In this document: positions 55,786 to 64,000 of the stretch, one piece after another
How the letters are laid out: the number at the start of each line of letters is the position of its first letter
Numbering within the stretch: position 1 is the stretch's first letter
Source: Nemertoderma westbladi
Taxonomy: Eukaryota > Animalia > Xenacoelomorpha
Assembly (NCBI GenBank): GCA_032718475.1
Contig: JAUCBJ010001639.1
Span: 1 to 64,000 of the forward strand
Direction: 5' to 3'
Length of the DNA: 64,000 bases
Made by a program: the position numbers and the translations under genes
The notes under the pieces: model-generated
Seen by the model: the letters and a program-made list of their open reading frames with translations, nothing else
The model's database searches: none
Told to the model about the DNA's origin: nothing

Positions 55786-56389
55786 ACCCCCGGTGACACG
55801 CTTTCTCATTTTTTCCATTTCTGAACAAAACCATAATATTAAATACTGAAGTACATAGTAAGGAAATACTGAAGGCAGTAGGCCGGTTGAAACAAATAGT
55901 TAATAATGTAGTTTATCGTTGTTAATAATAGCTTTCAATATTACCAGTAAATGAATACAGCTCAATCCGTATAATAATCCTACGGACGATGGTGAGAAAC
56001 TGTGCGACACTGTACAAGAATAATAGCCAACTGAACTAACTAGTCACATGATGACAATATATATATATATGGAAAATTGGGGGAATTAAATTACACAGCA
56101 CCAACACGTAAATCTACCAACCAATCGATACACTCTCACCACCACCTGTGCTCCTCCCATTGGCCGGTTTATTCCATTACTATTAATTTTCCATTAAGTT
56201 TCTATATCCCCTTTGCCCTACATATGTTAGCCCCTTTCCCCTGAGATGGGTATTAAACCATCTCCCGACTAACATTGCTTCCTACATTCTCTGGTATGCA
56301 ATATTGCTTCTGAACTGATTCGTAAATCAGTCCACCTCCCCATTCTCCCGGTAGGTGGCGAGTAGCGGGATGGATCCGCTTACAATTTG

Positions 56390-56549
56390 GGAAGGATCTA
56401 AGTTCGTATGGCAATGATCTAAGTTCGTATGAGGAGGATCTAAGTTCGTGTGGGACGGATCTAATTTCGTATGGGAAGGATCTATGTTCACCCAAGGTCT
56501 GAGATCGTTCAGGATCTAAGGTGCTCTAGGATCTAAAGCCGGGGAACCA
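56390..56549. mobile_element. Right terminus of the GGATCTAAGTTC MITE family
   Basis: Matches 9950-10105, including GTTCAGG.TCTAAGGTGCTCTAGGATCTAAAGC. Confidence 0.65.
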
Positions 56550-57419
56550 TTTGGGGTATATTTAATTGCATTTATACTCTTTTTCCTAAGTTTTACCGTA
56601 AGGCCTAAGCAATTAAAATGTTTCGCACTTCCCGCAAACTAAATGCATTTATTACATTATGTAATATATTATCTCACATCATCGCTTTCAAAAACTAATG
56701 TACAGTGGACAGTTACAAATATTATACAGTATTATTTTAACGAGTTATAGTTTAATTGGTGGTAGTGCAAACTAAACAGTGGCCATTACTACAGTAAGCC
56801 CCCTGTCTGGGTAAAATCCTATGGAAGCCTGTAGATCCAAAATGTATTTTATGTGTATGCAGGCCCCTATACTGTACCGCGCATATTACCAATTGGGGTG
56901 TCGATTCAGCCTATTTTAACATCAACTTAATTTCGCGAATATTTAATTTCGATATTCACCATTTAATGTACCTTTTAAAGGAAGGTAACATGTTATAATG
57001 ACAGGCTTTTCTAACCAAAACAATAAAATAAATTTAGGAACACAGTTTACAGTAAAATTTTTACTTCTAGGCACTAATTTTTCAATATTATTCACTAGAG
57101 CAAGTCGTGAAGCAAGTCGTAGAAGACAGTACGAATCAAGTAAAAGCTTTTTGTTTTGTCTGATAATAAATTAGTTCGAGGGTAGTCCCGGTGGTGTAGG
57201 CCTACGAGAAATTTTCTAGACAACTTCAAACTATAATTATTATGTTGTATCATGTAATGAATTATAAAAGCTGTTGTCATTATAGAAGATAGAGAGCAGT
57301 TAGCGAAATGATTATTTTGTTCTATCGACTAAATCCACTTCGGAAACTCCCACCATTTATGAAATTTTATTGGAACTGCGACATTTCCCAGTTGAATCAT
57401 TTGATGTAAGTTCAGACAC

Positions 57420-57703
57420 TATTTCATTCATAAACGGCGCACCAGAATCTTCAACTCGGCCAAAGTTTGCTTGAGCAGGTGTTTGAAAAGGATTTATTTT
57501 CTAGCAATGTCTGCTTCGGTAAGTCCATCTCTAATAAAGCGAAACTCGATCCAAAAAAGGTAGCTTGGGTGAAGAGAGTAATATTTAAGTGACGGGGGAT
57601 TGGTTGTGATGAGGACGCAAAGAAAGTGTGGGCTGAAATTCAAAATACTGTTAATGTGCAATTCCGCAAACGAAATCTAGACAATTTAAAGAAGTCACAA
57701 TAA
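57420..57703 (+). pseudogene. BEN-domain gene relic
   Basis: Manual translation gives STRPKFA / frameshift / LLEQVFEKDLFSSNVCFGKSISNKAKLDPKKVAWVKRVIFK*RGIGCDEDAKKVWAEIQNTVNVQFRKR. This fits the BEN pattern FA..LL..VF...G...K..LDP.K...W..I...N...R. Confidence 0.65.
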
Positions 57704-58030
57704 AGCCGAAAAATACTGTATGATTAAGTTACTTTATTTTAATGTCGCGTATTTTTCGCTAATGTTTAACTTTAACGTTTCTAATTATCTGTTAGTATTA
57801 CATCGTCAATACTCAATGCTATTGAATACTAATGTTTAATATGTTTAATTCGCAATTATATCGTCAACACAATTATTCGCAATACATCCGGGTGTGGGTA
57901 TACCGGGCAAAGGGGCCAGAGGTAACCTCTGTAATTATAGACAGATATTATAACCATATTTATGGGAGGGGGGGGGGGGGGGGGGGGGGGGGGGCTAATG
58001 ATTATTAATTAACCATTATATTTTTGTACC

Positions 58031-58253
58031 CCCATGTGAAGAATACCAGGTTTTCACCAAAAACACAGGTTACAGAAGGGCCGAATCTAACCAAACCAAT
58101 AAACGAATTAGTATATGTACTGTACAGGTTTATAAGACAGAAATAAGCGCTATAAAACACTTAATAAAGATAAATAAAAATAAAAAATCTTCATATATAA
58201 AATTCCAATAAAAGGTCGACCGAAAAGTGAAATCCTGGTGTTCTTCACATGGG
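58031..58253. mobile_element. Second copy of the CCCATGTGAA MITE
   Basis: TIR CCCATGTGAAGAA(T/C)ACCAGG with a 2-bp CC on both flanks; reverse-complement homologue of 14671-14869. Confidence 0.75.
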
Positions 58254-60847
58254 CCATATTTTTAAACTGATTTGTCTTTTAAGGCACCAATGGACATCAA
58301 ACAGACAACAGAGCACCAATTTCCCCCAACAATATTCGCCGAATTAAAACTTTCTCTACAAACAGACGGAGCCAGTGTGGTTTAGTTAACAACATACGTT
58401 TAGTAAAGCCCACAAATGAACTGCGTGATTGGTATGTCTAATATGAGACACACCACAAGCCGGCCTGCCCAGCTTATGTAATTCAACCCATTAACTCAAG
58501 AGCCCAAGGAGCAGACAGAGCCCACTTCCCCATGTGGTGTCTCACTCAAACAGATTAATTATCCATCCCGTCCCAGGTACAGAAATGCTGAGTATGGCAC
58601 AGTTAGAAGTCAACCTAACTCAAACCGACGCCAGACTCTAGTTTGAGTTAGATTGAGCTGGCTGCATCTTTCTGATTTCTCAACTGTTACCCCAGTCTTA
58701 CCTACTGAAAATATCCATTGACTATCATTAGTAAGAGGTTTGAGAAACGATACCCAGTTTGAGAAATGATATTCAGAATGAGATAGGGACTGTAGAGTAG
58801 TCAGAGAGAGGAGTCGATGAGGTGTTAATTGATTAATAATAATAACAGCAGTTGTCATGAATTCAATACAATCGCGCACAAGAAGTGATAAGACAAATTC
58901 GTTCTTATTTTTGTAATAAATAAAACAAATGGAGATGTTTCAATATAAACTGCGATTAACAATTTACAATGTTCAATGCAATCCACGATATTAATTAAAT
59001 ACAACAATTATATTATTATTATAACAGATTTTTATATTTCAAACTATATAATATTAGCCTTATGGAGAATCATTATGAGGCTGAGTAAACATTCAGTCTA
59101 ATAAGCATACAGCCTCCACAGTATTAATGTTGGCACAAAGATTTCAAAATAAAACAATAATTAGATGAGAGCAATCAATAGTAGCCAACACACTGTGTAA
59201 CTTACAGTCATTTAGTTTGGATGCCAATTAATTAACATTGGGAAGAGTTATTCAGCTGAGACTGTACTAGCCAGCTAAACCAGTTAATGTTTGCTTACTG
59301 TCTGGGTTGTAGAGTAGAGTGATATTACTATGCACAGAAAGTACTTCTTTGTTAGTTGGCCCTTCCTATTGAATGCATTACTTACTAGGCCACCGCTATA
59401 CATTTTTCATGAGTGCCAGCTGGTGTTTTTATCATTGCGCCTAAGGCAATGATCGTGTTTTGGGGCTATTTTTCGAAATAAAACAAGTTGAGATGTTTCA
59501 ATTTAAACCGCGATTACACAAATACCCATAGAAATCTATTTTCATGGTTCATGCAAATTTTCATTAAAATAGTTAGCGCCGTTTTTGCTCTAGATAGGTC
59601 AGTAGCCAGTGGCCAGTAGTCAGTAGCCAGTAGCTTTTTTTTTTACAGTAATCAAGTCTAACGACTTGCTAATTAGTTATTTTTTCAACCCTACCCTATG
59701 AGAGGGCTGAAACGACACCCCAATTGGCTTTTTGCATACAGTATTGTAGTTTTATAATTTATTTTGTATCGTTTCTGTACAGTATGTCCAGCATTATTGA
59801 GGCGGGCATAGCCACACTCTCGGTAAAGTTGTACGTAGGGCAGATTATTTACGTTTTACATTAGTACGGGGCAGTTTTCTAATATTGTAATTAATTATAC
59901 TGCAGGTAATGATAATATACGACGCTTTTATTCGACATTGAAGAAGAAGTACATACTAAAAATGTTACATACAGTAGGTATTAATTTATGCATTGCATGT
60001 AGTGAGTGGTCTTTAGAGCTAGCGTTTCCACACAAAACCAATATACGCATGAGTTGGATTGTCTCCAGTATATTTCAGAGCTGATTGTAAGAGTGCCGCA
60101 GCGAAACGCCAAATACCAGTCATAAGGAACAATCTCATAAAGGTTAAGCTCGCCATCTCGCTGGGTAATCAATCGCCTGGATTATTGCTGATGAAGAGGC
60201 CATTTTATTTACACAAAACCAGAGTTAGCAGAAGAAAGTCCTGGTGTGGTAAATGTGGCTCAGTCGCAGGATATCTTCTGTAGAGGCAAATATTGGCTTC
60301 CTATAGCATGAAGCAGGGTAAACAACTGCCAGCCAGAGAAGTTGCAGAGTCCATCGAGGTTATTAAAAGGTTAAGCTTAGATGCAAGTCGCTTTCAAGTC
60401 GGAGTCGGACTTTTGTGGAGGTGACCATAATGACCCGAAGAACCGTTCTTTGTCTAAAGTACTGTACAAAGCCGAGGTACAATACTATAGTTACAGTAAA
60501 AGAGTTAACAAACTCTTAGAGCGTGAAAGCAACCACCACGTCTACAGTAAATTTTACTACCTTTGTTTTAGAGATATTTACTGTCAGCTTGTTGCTTTTC
60601 AGTTACCTAAATAACCAGGTAAGTAAAATATAGGACATCTTTGCAATTAAGCTGCAATGATTTAGAGGTAATCCTATGTGTTTTGATGTACAATACCTAC
60701 CGGGACATTATATACATTGTTTGTGTGTATTGTTATTACTTTTTACATAATATATAAGTACAGTACATACAGTATACAGAATACTGTATATACAGTACAG
60801 TATCACCAAATAAACAGGATTACTTATTCTAAATTTTGTTTAATTCA

Positions 60848-63800
60848 GATAAAATTAATTGGAAACTGCGCCTAAACCATCATTACTTCATAAAGTTAAT
60901 TTGAATAGTGCGCCTAAACCATCATTCCTTCATAAAAGTAATTGGAATAGTGCGCATAAACCCTCACTTCATAAAATTAATTGGAATAGTGCGCCTAAAC
61001 CATCATTACTTCATCAAATTTATTGGAATAGTGCGCATAAACCCTCACTTCATAAAATTAATTGGAGTAGTGCGCGTAAACCCTCACTTCATAAAGTTAA
61101 TTGAATAGTGCGCGTGAACCCTCACTTCATAAAATTAATTGGAATAGTGTGCCTAAACCATCATTACTTCATAAAATTAATTGGAATTGTGCGCATAAAC
61201 CCTCACTTCATAAAATTAATTGGAATAGTGCGCATAAACCCTCACTTCATAAAATTAATTGGAATAGTGCGCCTAAACCATCATTACTTCATCAAATTTA
61301 TTGGAATAGTGCGCATAAACCCTCACTTCATAAAATTAATTGGAGTAGTGCGTGTAAACCCTCACTTCATAAAATTATTTGGAATAGTGCGCGTAAAACC
61401 CATTTCATAAAATTAATTGGAATAGGGCGCGTAAACCCTCACTTCATAAAATTTATTGGAATAGTGTGCATAAACCCTCATTTCATAAAGTTAATTTGAA
61501 TAGTGCGCATAAACCCTCATTTTATTAAATTAATTTAAATAGTGCGCCTAAACCATCATTACTTCATAAAATTAATTGGAATAGTGCGCGTAAACCCTCA
61601 CTTCATAAAATTAATTGGAATAGTGTACCTAAACCATCATTACATCATAAAATTAAATGGAAAAGTGCGCGGAAACCCTCACTTCATAAAATCCATTGGA
61701 AGAGTGCACGTAAACCCCCAATTCATAAAATTAAATGGAATAGTATGTGTAAACCCTTACTTCATAAAATTAATTTGAATAGTGCGCCTAAACCATCATT
61801 ACTCATAAAATTAATTGGAATAGTGCAAGTAAACCCTCACTTCATAAAATTTATTGGAATAGTGCGCGTAAACGCTCACTTCATAAAGTTAATTTGAATA
61901 GTGCGCGTAAACGCTCACTTCAGAAAATTAATTGGAATAGTATGCCTAAACCATCATTATTTCATAAAATTAATGGGAAAAGTGCCCATAAACCCACTTC
62001 AAAATATTAATTGGAATAGTGCGAGTAAACCCTCACTTCATAAAATTTATTGGAATAGTGCGTGTAAACCCATTTAATAAAATTAACTGGAATAGGGCGC
62101 GTAAACCCTCACTTCATAAAGTTAATTTGAATAGTGCGCATAAACCCCCACTTCATAAAATTAATTGGAATAGTGCGCATAAACCCTCACTTCATAAAAT
62201 TAATTGGAATAGTGCGCGTAAACCCTCACTTCATAAAATGAATTGGAATAGTGCGCCTAAACCATCATTACTTAATTAAATTAATGGGAAAAGTGCGCGT
62301 AAACCCACTTTATAAAATTAATTGGAATAATGTGCATAAAGCCTCATTTCATAAAATTAATTGGAATAGTGCGCGTAAACCCTCACTTCATAAAATTGAT
62401 TCGAATAGTGCGCCTAGACCATCATTACTTCATAAAATTAATTGGAAGAGTGCACGTAAACCCCCACTTCATAAAATTAATTGGAATACTGCGCGTAAAC
62501 CCTCACGTCATAAAATTAATTGGAATTGTGCGCGTAAACCTTCACTTCATAAAATTGACTCGAATAGTGCGCCTAAACCATCATTACTTCATAAAATTAA
62601 TTGGAATAGTGCACATAAACCCTCACTTCATAAAATTAATTGGAATAGTGCGCGTAAACCCTCACTTCATAAAATTAATTGGAATAGTGCGCGTAAACCC
62701 TCACTTCATAAAGTTAATTTGAATAGTGCGCGTAAACCCTCACTTCATAAAATGAATTGGAATATTGCGCCTAAACCATCATTACTTAATTAAATTAATG
62801 GGAAAAGTGCGCGTAAACCCACTTTATAAAATTAATTGGAATAATGTGCGTAAACCCTCATTTCATAAAATTAATTGGAATAGTGCGCGTAAACCCTCAC
62901 TTCATAAAATTGATTCGAATAGTGCGCCTAGACCATCATTACTTCATAAAATTAATTGGAATAGTGCACGTAAACCCCCACTTCATAAAATTAATTGGAA
63001 TACTGCGCGTAAACCCTCACTTCATAAAATTAATTGGAATTGTGCGCGTAAACCCTCACTTCATAAAATTGATTTGAATAGTGCGCCTAAACCATCATGA
63101 CTTCATAAAATAAATTGGAATAGTGCGCGTAAACCCTCATTTCATAAAATTAATAGGAATAGTGCGCGTAAACCCTCACTTCATAAAATTGATTCGAATA
63201 GTGCGCCTAGACCATCATTACTTCATAAAATTAATTGGAATAGTGCACGTAAACCCCCACTTCATAAAATTAATTGGAATACTGCGCGTAAACCCTCACT
63301 TCATAAAATTAATTGGAATTGTGCGCGTAAACCCTCACTTCATAAAATTGATTTGAATAGTGCGCCTAAACCATCATGACTTCATAAAATAAATTGGAAT
63401 AATGCGCATAAACCCTCACTTCATAAAATTAATTGGAATAGTACGCATAAACCCTCACTTCATAAAATTGATTCGAATAGTGCAAATAAACCACCATTAC
63501 TTCATTAAAATAATGGAAAAAGTGTGCGTATACCCACTTTATAAAATTAATTGGAATAGTGCACGTAAACCCTCACTTCATAAAATTAATTGGAATAGTG
63601 CGCGTAAACCCCCACTTCATAAAATTAATTGGAATACTGCACGTAAACCCTCACTTCATAAAATTAATTGGAATTGTGCGCCTAAAGCCCCACTTCATAA
63701 AATTAATTGGAATAGTGCGCGTAAACCCTCACTTCATAAAATTAATGGGAAAAGTGTGCGTAAACCACTTCATAAAATTAATTGGAATAGTGTGCGCAAA

Positions 63801-64000
63801 CCCTCTCTTCATAAAATTAATTGGAATAGTGCGCATAAACCCTCACTTCATAAAATTAATTGGAATAGTGCGCGTAAATCCTTACTTCATAAAATTAATT
63901 GGAATAGTGCGCGTAAACCCTCACTTCATAAAATTAATTTGAATAATGCGCCTAAACCATCATTACTTCATAAAAGTAATTGGAATAATGCGCGTAAACC
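60848..64000. repeat. Satellite of 39-bp and 42-bp monomers, running off the end of the window
   Basis: AAACCCTCACTTCATAAAATTAATTGGAATAGTGCGCGT (39 bp) interspersed with AAACCATCATTACTTCATAAAATTAATTGGAATAGTGCGC.T (42 bp); about 80 units. Confidence 0.95.

Noticed and set aside
59685-60650. Third piggyBac remnant
   Set aside because: Only weak hints (TTCAACCCT start, scattered RSCRVH/LRCKS); no catalytic motif or matching TIR found.
60859-63942. Repetitive ORFs (KPSLHKINWNSAR / VNPHFIKLIGIVR)
   Set aside because: Artefacts of 39/42-bp monomers being multiples of three; open in two frames and broken at random.
60848-64000. CRISPR array
   Set aside because: Head-to-tail monomers with no unique spacers, no cas genes, and a eukaryotic context.

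Overview
Eukaryotic, probably invertebrate bilaterian, genomic DNA made almost entirely of nested transposons. The only host gene is VPS45, whose coding region is intronless (6-1736, minus strand). The main element is a very young, complete 18.9-kb BEL/Pao LTR retrotransposon (20313-39252, minus strand) with 2155-bp LTRs and an AGCTA target-site duplication. In the position where env would sit, it carries an accessory reading frame encoding an unknown N-terminal part, a DEDDy (WRN/EXD/Mut-7-like) 3'-5' exonuclease, three CCHC zinc knuckles and an RG-rich tail. Each of its two long reading frames is split by exactly one in-frame stop. It also contains seven dispersed copies of a stem-loop, CAAACC-YGYG-GGUUUGG, with covarying outer stems and G-U pairs that form only on the sense strand. 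Together these suggest an element-encoded RNA-binding/nuclease system with its own RNA target; that link is inferred, not shown. Other contents: an apparently intact piggyBac, nested MITE/foldback elements, Helitron-like elements with RFX or CTCF motif arrays, RTE, CR1/L2, Tc1 and older BEL relics, two hammerhead ribozyme motifs, a BEN-domain relic and a 39/42-bp satellite. All calls come from reading motifs by eye; no database searches were run.
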